64,000 nucleotides of DNA from the human T2T-CHM13v2.0 reference genome, Homo sapiens: NCBI RefSeq assembly GCF_009914755.1, contig NC_060925.1. One strand, 5' to 3'. The translations under genes and the position numbers were made by a program. Numbering within the stretch: position 1 is the first letter of the stretch; every line of letters starts with the position of its first letter. Below, in pieces: positions 1 through 16,831 of this stretch. Under the pieces are notes generated by a model, which did no database searches, was not told the DNA's origin, and was given only the letters and a program-made list of their open reading frames with translations.

Positions 1-428
1 CCATTTCTATTATGCCTTAAACAGTATGCGTTAATCATGCTTGTTATCTCAGAGAGTTATTGGAAATGAGTAGAAGCTTGGAAGTGATAGTGTAAGCAAG
101 TAATTTTCATGACAATGGCTTATCACCTGATGATCATCATATGAAAGTTTTGCTTGCTCCTTTCAGGGGGTGTGCATGTTTTTCGTCATCTGGCCCAATT
201 CCACTCTGAGTTTAATTTTCTGTTTTTATTTTATCTAACATTTTTTCCTAATCCTAGAACTATGCCTCTTTACAAAAATATTACTTAAAACCTATTTCTA
301 CAGAATTACATTAAAACAAGTAAACTTTCTACCTCCCTGTACTGTAAACCAATTGGTAATTATTTTAGTCACCTTCTGCATTAGGAGTTCCATCTTTTGG
401 GCATTGAAATTGATTTTTTTCATCTTAG

Positions 429-435
429 CATCTGA
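429..435 (+). CDS. LRRC7: Probable coding start of an alternative terminal exon of LRRC7 (adds Asn-Ile-stop; short LRR-only isoform)
   Basis: Strong acceptor ttttttttcatcttAG at 427-428. With the same phase-2 entry as the 59669 exon, and assuming the upstream exon ends in AA, it reads AA|C ATC TGA. This fits my unverified recollection of a short LRRC7 isoform. Confidence 0.55.
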
Positions 436-1966
436 AGATCCAGAGTGTGCCCCTTGCCCAATCGCCTGAGACTATACAGTGACACCTACAACAGAGGATG
501 TGGAGGGAGCAGCTTTTCGGGCACCAGAAATGGCAGCATCAGGAGCATCAGCACGAATAGACTTTGTAGAGGTAGTTCTCCCAAACTATATTATGAAACC
601 AAACATTTTTGGTGCGCTACCTGCTGATGGGGGCTGCCTTCTTACTGCCTAGTATCTACAAAATGTTTGGTCTTTGTTAAAGTTTAACGATGACATTTCT
701 GACTAATATAGAGAGACCTGATTTTTTTCCAAATGTGTTCAGTTGCCATAACTTTCAATGAATATGAAATTTTATCAGTCTCAGAAAAACATTAATACCC
801 ATATTTTTATCTAATTGATTTCACTATTTGTTATGTTAAGGTGCTTTTGTGTATAATTTTTGTATATATTTTTAAATGGGATCAAACTAAGCCATAATTT
901 AAAAGTCATCCTAATGCAGTAAATAAGATAATTTCTCTAGTTTGTTAAATTCTTCAGAGACCGAATATAATTGCTCGTTTTTCTGTCATACTCCCTGATG
1001 ATGTTCCATTGTGGACTTATTTTGCAAAGTTCCCAGATGGCACAAGTCAAAATATGAAATGCTGATGATTGATTGATTTTATGTATCCTTTCATCTTATG
1101 TAATTTAATGTGGAACAGTTATTTTGTAGCTCTAAAATACATTTGTTAATTAACCATATTGGCTTTTCATGCAGTTCAATGGCTTATAGCATTTCAATTT
1201 GCATAGAAAATGAATCTCTGTAATGATACTTTTGCTAAATAAATAACAATCGACATAATGGGTTCATTTGCTTTTAACATTTTATACATACAATTTAGAA
1301 GTAGGATATATTTCATATTGAAATTTTGAAAAGCTTGAAATTCAACATACAAGGTCACCATCTTGCTGATGCCTAATGCAGTACAGCAAATTCATTCTTC
1401 ATCCCATGTTAACTCCTTTTTGGAACAAGTCAAAATACAAATAATTTACAATGATTGTGTTGGAGCTATTGCTTGATTAAATACAATTCAAAGGTTCTTT
1501 TTATAAAACAGGTGTGAGCAGGACACATTGCACTTACGGGCTTTTCCTATTTTTTTGGTTCTATTTCATTTTACTGCCTAGGAAAGAAACATTTTTTTGT
1601 AAAACCTATGCTATGGAACTGAAATGTACTTTATTGAATATTTCTATTCTGTTTTATGAATATCAATTATGTGAAATATATAAATATAAAATTGCCTTAG
1701 AATGCCTAACTCTTTGTATAAAACAGATATCTGAAAGTAGATGTTGGTTTTTTGTTCAAATTGTGTAAATGCTGATTTTTCCATGAGTACTTATGAAGAT
1801 CTATATGTAAAAATTTTAAGTCTGCTTACTGTGTTTGTACCACCTTGTTCTTAGCTGTGTATACTCTATGCTAATTGACTTCTGTCATTGTCACATATAT
1901 TGCATATATCTCTCAAAAATTAAAAGGTATATTGCTATTCTAAAAATAAAAAATGTAAATTCCTGA
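436..1966 (+). other. Putative 3' UTR of the alternative terminal exon
   Basis: Repeat-free AU-rich stretch with many TGTA/TTTTGT motifs; AATAAA at 1945-1950; end position estimated. Confidence 0.4.
1945..1950 (+). terminator. Candidate polyadenylation signal AATAAA
   Basis: Canonical hexamer followed by GT/T-rich sequence (tagtgtagttttataatgtgtt, ~1995-2017). Other AATAAA hexamers exist nearby. Confidence 0.4.
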
Positions 1967-4267
1967 CATTGCTGTAGAATAAGTTGCACTATCTTAGTGT
2001 AGTTTTATAATGTGTTCTTATGAATTCTCAGTGCCCTTCAAATGCCACCAATTTATTCAGCTTTCCGAAATTTATTTTAGAGATTACTTAAAAAGAGATT
2101 GCTTAAAACATTCTATGTGAAAGTAGCTTTAAAGATTAAAGAAACATTGCTGTTTTGACTTTATGATGTTCTAAGTAAGAAACTGGACCTTTCATTATTA
2201 AAGCTTAAAAATCTTATACAGCAGCAATAAAAGTCTGCATCAGTGTGCAGACTGTTGAATAATTAACCTTACTGCAGTAAACCATGTTGCCTTTCTGGTC
2301 TCGATAATATATAACAATTGAAAACTTGTATGTGTAGCATAAAGGAAACTTTTCTTAATGAAAAGAAATTAACAAGTAAGTGGAATAACTGTTATCAAAG
2401 CTAAAGTTCTTTAAAACTTAATCAGCAGAAGTGATTATAAAAGTAAAAGGTTAAAATAAATACAATTGAATATAATATATGATTTATTTTGCCCACTGTC
2501 CATGTTATATGTCCTGGTTAGTGCTTCAACAATCATAAGTGATTGTAAATTCATTCATAATATTTGTGTGACTCTAATCTTTTATTCTAAGAGGAATTAT
2601 GCATACCAGTTTAACAAAATACTGCCTGTGTTTATCTGTGACGTTTCATATATTTTCAGCCTCAATATATACTTTTTAAAAAAAACAGGTAAAATGATAA
2701 TAAGATGAAATATTTTTATATGCATCTATATTGAAATAATTGTATTGAACTGTCTTTTATAAATATATTCTATTGATTTTACATTCATGAGTAGTAGGAT
2801 ATGCATATTAAGCCAAAATTTGGCTAAACATATTCAGTAAAGAAAAACAACAACAAAAACGACCCCTTAAGAAGAAGGCAGTACAGTATGTGGCTACCCA
2901 TTCTGTACGATACAAATACCATACAACCCTTTCCTTCTTCATAATATTAGACTACTCTCAGGAACGTGGGGCATGATGTGAACAACACTCTGTATTGCCT
3001 TTCATCATTTTATTGGCATCTCATGAAGAGAAGCCAGTTGTTATGCCTTTTAGGAGTGCCTCAGAGAATAGAATACATATGCCCGTATATTTCTCAGAAG
3101 TTACGGGTTTCTGGAACTTTGTTAAGAATTTCATAACTGTATTCTACCAGCCATATTTTTTGTCCATATCAAATTTTGCCAATTAAGGTTCCTGCTATTT
3201 TGTCTTATCTTTTTAATCAAATCAACTTTTCTTGAGCCAAAACTGGCAGATCTAAATTTTGTCACCAAAAATTATGATTATTTTATCAGTTTTTAAAGGG
3301 AAGGCATGTTAGGCATAGTCAGTTTTATTTGTGTCACTTGTTTCTGCCACTAGCAATCAATATAAGTTAATAAAGACTGATAGTCTATATTTATTCATTG
3401 GCATAAAAAATACTATTACCAGGGCAAAAATATAGCATCTGGAGGTCTAGTAGAGTAAAAATAATAATTCCAGAACAGATGGGTTTAGAACAGCATGAGA
3501 ATGTGGAAACTACGTCTTGCTCAAATCTCAATGAGGTAAAAATCTTTTATTAAACCAGTAATTCTTCCAACCCTCACACACGTACAACTTGCTTTGATTT
3601 CAGCTGTATTTTACATATAGATAGAACATCTGAAATCCAAGCTCTTCATCGCCTCTTGTGCTTGGGCAAATTTTAGAGAAATGCAAATCTTTAATTCAAT
3701 CCAATTCAATAAACATTTGTTGAGGACTGACTGTGTGTCAAGCACAAGGATTAACACTAGAAACACCATGTACAAGGAGTCCCTGCTGTTTAGAAGCTTA
3801 AGGTCTGATAAGGAACAGAGACAAGTGAAGCATTATATTCAGTACAGCATAGTATATAAGATTATGGAGATGTGATGAAGTCCCAGAAAGAGTACAGAGA
3901 AGTTATATTTCTTAGTCCTATCTGTAAAGTCCAGGTGAAGCCTGAGGAGTCTTTCAAACCATAAATTGGAATTTTAAAATGGGCAAAAGGAAAATGAGTG
4001 TTACTCATAGAGAAAACCCCATGTTACAAGGGGTTGATATGTAAAATAGAAAGCATGAGGAAGGAGTAACCATGAGGTAGACAGAGAAGAAACTGTGAAG
4101 GGGCTCTCATGACATGGTTAGACTTTATTTTCTGGGCAATAGAGAGGTTTTGATGAAATGGTTTTAAGCAGCGGAATGACACGTTAGATTTGTAAGTGAT
4201 GGGATAACATTGGCTAAGTAAGAATTCAAACTCCTTGCTAAGCAAGCAAATAACAAAAGCCACTCTG

Positions 4268-4418
4268 GGCCAAGTGTAGTGGTGTACACCTATAATCCCA
4301 TTGCTTTGAGAGGCCAAGGCAGGAGGATCACTTGAGGCCAAGAGTTTGAGGCTACAATGAGCTATGATCACACCACTGCACTCCAGCCTGGGCAACAGAA
4401 CAAGACCCTGTCTCTAAA
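4268..4418 (+). mobile_element. Alu monomer (FRAM/FLAM-like)
   Basis: ggccaagtgtagtgg...ccactgcactccagcctgggcaacag; single arm only. Confidence 0.85.
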
Positions 4419-4431
4419 GCTACTTAGACAA

Positions 4432-4770
4432 TTCTTTTTTTAAAAAAAACCAGTTTTATTGAGGTGTGTGAAATACATACCATAGAATGAACTCATTTTA
4501 AGTGTACAATTCAATATTTTTAATACATTTATAGAGAAGTGCAATTATCACCACAATTTAATTTTGGCCATTTCTATTATCCAAGTGCCCAAGTCCTTCC
4601 TGCTTATTCACAGTTAATCCCCATTCTAATCTCCTTTCCTACCCTAGCCCCAGGTAACTACTAAACTGCTTTCTGTCTTTATACATTGTCCTTTTCTGAA
4701 CATTTCATATAAGTAGAATTATTCATGTAGACATCTTTTATGTCTGGTTCCTTTCACTTAGCATAACACT
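4432..4770 (-). mobile_element. Old L1M 3' end fragment
   Basis: T-tail followed by cagttttattgag...ttttaagtgtacaattca, typical of an L1MB/MC 3' UTR. Confidence 0.7.
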
Positions 4771-5699
4771 TAGCATAACCCATAATAATCTGGCATAACC
4801 TGTAGTGAGGTTTCTGCCAGATTATTATTAGACAAACAGAATAGACATATTTTACTCCTAAAGAGACTATGAACACTGGGAAAACAACACGTGTGATAAG
4901 GATGTGGTGTGAGACTATCAAAGGTGTAGAGGAGACAAGAAATTGAGGGACCGAGATAGGACAGGATGGCAGGGAAAAAGAGTCAGCTGGAGTAGAAGAA
5001 TCAGAAGTGCAGTTATGTGAAAGTAGAAGAAAACAAGTCAAGATATTTTAATAAAATTTGCTGAAGACTAAAGATTTGAACTGTATTGCCTTCCTACCTT
5101 AAAGATTTAAAACAGGTATTTGTAAAGATTGGACTTCCTGTTTGTCGTTACTACTAGATTCTAGATACTACAGGTATCACAAGCTTCATTAGTTTCTTGG
5201 AGAAGTAAAGTCACTTCTCCAAAGAATCCTTATCTTAGAAAAAAAAAAAAAAACAAGAATGCTCTTAAATAGTGACAGACTGACATCTGCATTTAAAACA
5301 TAAAGGGGCAAAAGTGCATCTAGAACAAGCTGTATTATCTTTGAAAATCCACTGTGGAGCCAATGGGACATTTTGATAGTCACACTGAGATTGGAGATAC
5401 AGTGTTTTTAGAGAATGCACGACTGATTTAAGAATGCTTGTTCAGATGAAGAAACAGACTTAGGTGGCATGATGAGGTCATTCAAGTCGTAAAAATTTAA
5501 AAATTCTTTCTGCAGGAGAAGACAAGGCTTCTGGCAGATTTTCTGAGTCTATATTCAAGATCCACCCCACTAACTGAGAATGGCTGCCTTGCTGATTTGA
5601 CTGTTACTGTAGAACTGAAGATAAAGCGAATTTTGGAGTTGTTTGTGTGATCTACTAGTTACTAGAAAAATCACAGGTTTATAATGCAGCTAATGGGAT

Positions 5700-6200
5700 A
5701 AACAGACTTTGATTTTAGGGCAGTGAAGACTCTCTGCATGATGGATAATGATACTATATATATAAATAAATGTATATATATATAAAAGAACAAGCTGTGT
5801 GTGATATATATTTACTCTGCTATGTATAATATTTATATATAAATATATATTATAAAATGTATATATACATATATTTATATATATGGTGTACATTTGTCCA
5901 AATCCGTCAAATATATATTATAATCCATCCATGATGGATACATGTCATTATACATTTGTCCAAACCCATCAAATGTACACTGAGAGTGAACCCTAATGTA
6001 AACTGTGGACTTTGGGTGACTATAATGTGTAGATGTAGTTTATCAGTTGAAACAATGTACCACTCAGGCCGGGAATGTGAATATTAGGGAAAGCTATGCA
6101 TGTGTTCGGGTGGGGAGTATATGAGAAATCTCTGTGCTTTCCTCTCAATTTTGCTGTAAACCTAAAACTGCTTTAAAAAAAAACAAAAACAAAAAAAAAA
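5700..6200 (+). mobile_element. L1MC-type 3' end fragment with internal AT low-complexity insert
   Basis: atggatacatgtcattatacatttgtccaaaccc...gagtgaaccctaatgtaaac...cctaaaactgct plus A tail. Confidence 0.7.
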
Positions 6201-6553
6201 GACTGCGCACTGGCCAGAATATGCCTGCCACTTAGTTGTTACGAGGAAGGGACAAACTCAAAAACAAAGAACCCACTAAGTAGGAAATCTGACAAAAATT
6301 TCCAGGCCTAATGTCATGACTGGCCTCAGGCCAAGAACTCTCTGATGAATGAAATTGGAGTCTCAGAAGACAGCACCAAAGACGGTTTCTGAGAGGCTAC
6401 TGAAAGGACCCTCTCTCGAGAAACCACATCTCCAAACCCCTAGGAGTGGGAAGTGGTCCTGCCAAGCACGGTTCCTAGAGGGGCCCAGGGGTCCGCTGTG
6501 GCCTCGGTAGGAATGAGAGATTTCTCAGCGCTGGTTGGAAATACTGCAGAACA

Positions 6554-6781
6554 TCCAGGCGGGGTGGCACATGCCTGTAGTCCCAGCTACTCAGGAGACT
6601 GAGGCAGGAGGATTTCTTGACCCCGGGAGTTCTAGGCTGTAGTGTATTATGCTGATCGGGTGGCAACACTAAGTTTGGCATCAATATGGTGACCTTCCTG
6701 GAGCGGGGACCACTCGGTTTTCTAAGGAGGGGTGAACCAACTCAGGTCGGAAACGGAGCAGGTCAAAATTTCCATACTGAA
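6554..6781 (+). pseudogene. 7SL (SRP RNA) retropseudogene, 3'-truncated
   Basis: Alu-like 5' domain followed by the 7SL-specific S domain (gcatcaatatggtgacc, aaggaggggtgaacc, caggtcggaaacggagcaggtcaaaa). Confidence 0.92.
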
Positions 6782-8439
6782 CAGAAATTCTCAGGAACAA
6801 TCCCAGGTTAAGGACTGCAGATTCATTCCCTAAGCCATGGAGTCAGGGTCCCCTGCCTTGGTCAGGGTGAACGGGACAAACCCGGAACCCTGAAGGTTGG
6901 TCTTGTTTGCTGCTGTTAAAGTAACAAGGAGCTATTTTACCACCCATAAAACTAAGACTCTATTCCTTAGAAGAGAGGAGGTTAACTACTAATATGAATG
7001 TGTTTTAATTACAGGAAGTTGGTATTTCTCCGGGAAATGCTCCGAGACACTGGAGAAATGTTTGCATACGCTGGGTAGGGGAGAAAAAGAGGCAAATTAA
7101 AATGGGATGGGATAAAATGGAGATTTTTATATTTTTCCTTCCTCCTTTCCCACTTAGCTTTGTTCTCTGTGTCCACTTCCTGAGAGAAGAAAAGACAACA
7201 GTCACTGCAAGATGCTCTCAAATAAAAGTCAAAGGAGGAGAATTATTCTCTCTCGTGGGCTCCTTGTGGGAGCTGGAGGTGAGAGGACATCAGGAGCTTG
7301 CACTGTAGGACTTCAGCGCTGAGCAAGGGGATGATCAGGGCAGAAGATGGGGTAGACGTGATGTCAGGAAAGAGAGTTCTTTGGGTAGGAGAGTAAGGTT
7401 TTCCTAGGAGTTTTGGTGTGCTATGCAGTCGGATAGAAAATACCAGTAAGAAGTGCTGTGAGCCAAGTTCTTAGATCCTCTTAAATGTTGACAATAACCT
7501 CAGGACAGAAATTGCCATTTGGGGGTCTATGTTTCTCTAAGTAGCCTTTATGAAAATATCATGGGAGTGAATACGAAGGACAGGGAGACCAGCTGCTGTA
7601 ATCATGACAAAAGAAGGAGAGTATTATTGATAATAGGGAAGAAAAAGTAAACAAAATTGGGAGACATTTTTGGAAGTGAAATTCAAAGGACTTTCATCAG
7701 AGTGTAGCTTATTCTTGTCATATATAAGGAAAAAAAAGAAGAAGTTTTACAAAAACTGCTTCTAGGTTGTTCCTTAAATCAGGGCTTTACTCTGTGGCTT
7801 TGTGGTTTAATTTCAAAAGTATTTTCCAGAAAAAAAAGACACAGCCATGTTCAAAGCAACTAGCAACAAATTGCAAAGCCAGAATAATGCATCTTGCATT
7901 TATAACTGTTTTTGATTGACTTATAAATCTGCTTCCCTTTATTAGTTTGACTAAGATCCAGTCCAAATGTCAATGCCTCTTTGAAGATTTCCCTGGATCC
8001 CCAAACATGTGCACATGGGACTTTGGATATAAAATTTCTAAAATGTTATCACATCATATTTTAATTAGTTGTTTCAAGGTCTGCTTTCTTGAGCTCTTTG
8101 AAAGCGGGACTATGTCTTATTCATCATTATAGCTCCACTGGATAGAAAAGTGCTTTGTCCAAAGTTAGATTTGTTAAATGAATAGAGGGGATATGGCAAT
8201 CAGAGGAAATGCAATCTTCTGCTGAGTGTCAGAAGTACTATTATATGCAATAACAACAAAATTAAAATGTCTAAAATCAGTCCCTGTATCTATAAAAATA
8301 TGAAACTATTTCCAATATTATTCCTATCAAAATTTCCAATGAAACCAGTACTTGTATGTGCTATTAGTTCTAATCATGCTGCTAGAACATTGTTGAGTTT
8401 GAAATTGTTAGCATCATTCAACTAATATGCGTATAGCTG

Positions 8440-9575
<1,136 letters not shown>

Positions 9576-10145
9576 TTTTTTTTTTTTTTAATTATACTTT
9601 ATGTTTTAGGGTACATGTGCACATTGTGCAGGTTAGTTACATATGTATACATGTGCCATGCTGGTGTGCTACACCCACTAACCCGTCATCTAGCATTAGG
9701 TATATCTCCCAGTGCTATCCCTCCCCCGCCCCCCACCCCACCACAGTCCCCAGAGTGTGATATTCCCCTTCCTGTGTCCATGTGATCTCATTGCTCAATT
9801 CCCACCTATGAGTGAGAATATGCGGTGTTTGGTTTTTTGTTCTTGCGATAGTTTACTGAGAATGATGATTTCCAATTTCATCCATGTCCCTACAAAGGAC
9901 ATGAACTTATCATTTTTTATGGCTGCATAGTATTCCATGGTGTATATGTGCCACATTTTCTTAATCCAGTTTATCATTGTTGGACATTTGGGTTGGTTCC
10001 AAGTCTTTGCTATTGTGAATAATGCCACAATAAACATACGTGTGCATGTGTCTTTATAGCAGCATGATTTATATTCCTTTGGGTATATACCCAGTAATGG
10101 GATGGCTGGGTCAAATGGTATTTCTAATTCTAGATCCCTGAGGAA

Positions 10146-13154
<3,009 letters not shown>

Positions 13155-13685
13155 TTATCTGTCTAATGTTGACAGTGGGGTATTAAAGTCTCCCATTATT
13201 AATGTGTGGGAGTCTAAGTCTCTTTGTAGGTCACTCAGGACTTGCTTTACGAATCTGGGTGCTCCTGTATTGGGTGCATATATATTTAGGATAGTTAGCT
13301 CTTCTTGTTGAATTGATCCCTTTACCATTATGTAATGGCCTTCTTTGTCTCTTTTGATCTTTGTTGGTTTAAAGTCTGTTTTATCAGAGACTAGGATTGC
13401 AACCCCTGCCTTTTTTGGTTTTCCATTTGTTTGGTAGATCTTCCTCCATCCTTTTATTTTGAGCTTATGTGTGTCTCTGCACGTGAGATGGGTTTCCTGA
13501 ATACAGCACACTGATGGGTCTTGACTCTTTATCCAATTTGCCAGTCTGTGTCTTTTAATTGGAGCATTTAGCCCATTTACATTTAAAGTTAATATTGTTA
13601 TGTGTGAATTTGATCCTGTCCTTATGATGTTAGCTGGTGATTTTGCTCGTTAGTTGATGCAGTTTCTTCCTAGTCTCGATGGTCT

Positions 13686-14702
13686 TTACATTTTGGCATG
13701 ATTTTGCAGCGACTGGTACTGGTTGTTCCTTTCCATGTTTAGCGCTTCCTTCAGGAGCTCTTTTAGGGCAGGCCTGGTGGTGACAAAATCTCTCAGCATT
13801 TGCTTGTCTGTAAAGTATTTTATTTCTCCTTCACTTATGAAGATTAGTTTGGCTGGATATGAAATTCTGGGTCGAAAATTCTTTTCTTTAAGAATGTTGA
13901 AAATTGGCCCCCACTCTCTTGTGGCTTGTAGGGTTTCTGCCGAGAGATCCGCTGTTAGTCTGATGGGCTTCCCTTTGTGGGTAACCCGACCTTTCTCTCT
14001 GGCTGCCCTTAACATTTTTTCCTACATTTCAACTTTGGTGAATCTGACAATTATGTGTCTTGGAGTTGCTCTTCTCAAGGAGTATCTTTGTGGCATTCTC
14101 TGTATTTCCTGAATCTGAACGTTGGCCTGCCTTGCTAGATTGGGGAAGTTCTCCTGGATAATATCCTGCAGAGTGTTTTCCAACTTGGTTCCATTCTCCC
14201 CATCACTTTCAGGTACACCAATCAGACGTAGATTTGGTCTTTTCACATAGTCCCATATTTCTTGGAGGCTTTGCTCATTTCTTTTTATTCTTTTTTCTCT
14301 AAACTTCCCTTCTCACTTCATTTCATTCATTTCATCTTCCATTGCTGATACCCTTTCTTCCAGTTGATCGCATTGGCTCCTGAGGCTTCTGCATTCTTCA
14401 CATAGTTCTCGAGCCTTGGTTTTCAGCTCCATCAGCTCCTTTAAGCACTTCTCTGTATTGGTTATTCTAGTTATACATTCGTCTAAATTTTTTTCAAAGT
14501 TTTCAACTTCTTTGCCTTTGGTTTGAATGTCCTCCCATAGCTCAGAGTAATTTGATCGTCTGAAGCCTTCTTCTCTCAGCTCGCCAAAGTCATTCTCTGT
14601 CCAGCTTTGTTCCGTTGCTGGTGAGGAACTGCGTTCCTTTGGAGGAGGAGAGGCGCTCTGTGTTTTAGAGTTTCCAGTTTTTCTGTTCTGTTTTTTCCCC
14701 AT
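13686..14702 (-). pseudogene. L1 ORF1p remnant with premature stops
   Basis: MGKKQNRKTGNSK...QNHAKM, split into three same-frame ORFs. Confidence 0.95.
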
Positions 14703-15157
14703 CTTTGTGGTTTTATCTACTTTTGGTCTTTGATGATGGTGATGTACAGATGGGTTTTTGGTGTGGATGTCCTTTCTGTTTGTTAGTTTTCCTTCTAACA
14801 GACAGGACCCTCAGCTGCAGGTCTGTTGGAATACCCTGCTGTGTGAGGTGTCAGTGTGCCCCTGCTGGGGGGTGCCTCTCAGTTAGGCTGCTCAGGGGTC
14901 AGGGGTCAGGGACCCACTTGAGGAGGCAGTCTGCCCGTTCTCAGATCTCCAGCTGCGTGCTGGGAGAACCACTGCTCTCTTCAAAGCTGACAGACAGGGA
15001 CATTTAAGTCTGCAGAGGTTACTGCTGTCTTTTTGTTTGTCTGTGCCCTGCCTCCAGAGGTGGAGCCTACAGAGGCAGGCAGGCCTCCTTGAGCTGTGGT
15101 GGGCTCCACCCAGTTCAAGCTTCCTGGCTGCTTTGTTTACCTAAGCAAGCCTGGGCA

Positions 15158-15373
15158 ATGGCGGTCGCCCCTCCCCCAGCCTCACTGCCTCCTTGCAGTT
15201 TGATCTCAGACTGCTGTGCTAGCAATCAGCGAGACTCTGTGGGCGTAGGACCCTCGGAGCCAGGTGCGGGATATAATCTCATGGTGCGCCGTTTTTTAAG
15301 CCAGTCTGAAAAGCGCAATATTCGGGTGGGAGTGACCCGATTTTCCAGGTGCGTCCATCACCCCTTTCTTTGA
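15158..15373 (+). CDS. L1 ORF0, intact 71 aa (antisense-promoter ORF)
   Basis: gggcaATGg start; MAVAPPPASLPPCSLISDCC...RFSRCVHHPFL*, the canonical ORF0 length. Expression unknown. Confidence 0.7.
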   Translation: MAVAPPPASLPPCSLISDCCASNQRDSVGVGPSEPGAGYNLMVRRFLSQSEKRNIRVGVTRFSRCVHHPFL

Positions 15374-16489
15374 CTTGGAAAGGGAACTCCCCGACCCTTG
15401 CACTTCCCAAGTGAGGCAATGCCTCGCCCTGCTTTGGCTCGCACACGGTGCGCGCACCCACTGACCTGCACCCACTGTCTGGCACTCCCTAGTGAGATGA
15501 ACCCGGTACCTCAGATGGAAATGCAGAAATCACCCGTCTTCTGCGTCGCTCACACTGGGAGCTGTATACCGGAGCTGTTCCTATTCGGCCATCTTGGCTC
15601 CTCCTCCCGAGGACATTTTTCTAAGTGAAATAAGCCAAACACAGAAAGAAAAATACTACATGATCTCATTTATAGGTGGAATCTAAAAAAAAAACAGACA
15701 GAAGCCGAGAGTAGAACAGTGGTTACCAGCTGTTTGGGGGTAGGGAAGATGGGGAGATGTAGCCCAAAGGAGACAAACTTGCAGTTGTAAAATGGATACA
15801 CACTGGAGACCTAATGTACAGCATAAGAATATATTGAGTACTTGAAATATGCTAAGAGAGTGGATCTTAAGTACAGTCATACCTCAGAGATATTGCAGAC
15901 TCAGTTTCACACCACCACAATAAAGCAAATATTGCAATGAAACTATTGTTTTCCACTGCATATAAACATTATGTTTACAATATACTGTAGTCTATTAAGT
16001 GTACAATAGCATTATGTCTTTAAAAACAATATACATATCCTAATGAAAAAATACTTTATTGCTAAAAATTCTAACAATCTTCTGATGCTTCAGCAAGTAG
16101 TAATATTTTTGTTGATAGAGGGTCTTTCCTTGATGTTAGTGACTGCTGACTGATCAGGGTGGTGGTTGATTAAGGTTATGGTGGCTCCGGCAATTTCTTA
16201 AAATAAGACAACAATGAAGTTTGCTGCATCGATTGACTCTTCCTTTCATGAAAGATTTCTCTAGAACATCTTTCTCTTTAAGATGCTAAGATTTCTCTGT
16301 AGCATGTGATGCTATTTGATAGCATTTTACCTACAGTAGAACTTCTTTCAAAATTTGAGTCTATCCTCTCAAACATTTGTGGCTACTTTATTAATAAGTT
16401 TATGTAATATTCTGAATTCTTTCTTGTCATTTCAACAATGTTCACAGCATCTTTACCAGGAGTAGATTCCATCTCAAGAAACCACTTTC

Positions 16490-16831
16490 GCTAGGTGCAG
16501 TGACTCACTCCTGTAATCCCAGCACTATGGGAGGCTAAAGCAGGTGGATTACTTCAGCCCAGAAGTTCGCTATCAACCTGGGCAACACGCCAAAGCTCTG
16601 TCTCTACAAAAATATACAAAATTAGCTAGGTGTGGTGTCATGCACCTGTAGTCCCAGCTACTCAGGAGGCTGAGGTGGGAGGATCACTTGAGCCTGGCTG
16701 GTTAAGGCTTCAGTGAGTCAAGACTGTGCCACTCACTCCAGCCTGGAAGACAGAGTGAGACCCTGTCTAAAAGTAGAGTAAGGAGATAGAGAAGAAGAAG
16801 GAGAGGAGGAGGAGGAGGAGGAGGAGGAGGA
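16490..16831 (+). mobile_element. AluJ with GA/(GGA)n-degenerated tail
   Basis: Dimeric Alu; TSD aagaaa(c/t)cactttc on both sides. Confidence 0.9.

Noticed and set aside
445-627. 60-aa ORF as a standalone gene
   Set aside because: It starts at GTG with no recognisable homology and is better explained as 3' UTR of the candidate terminal exon.
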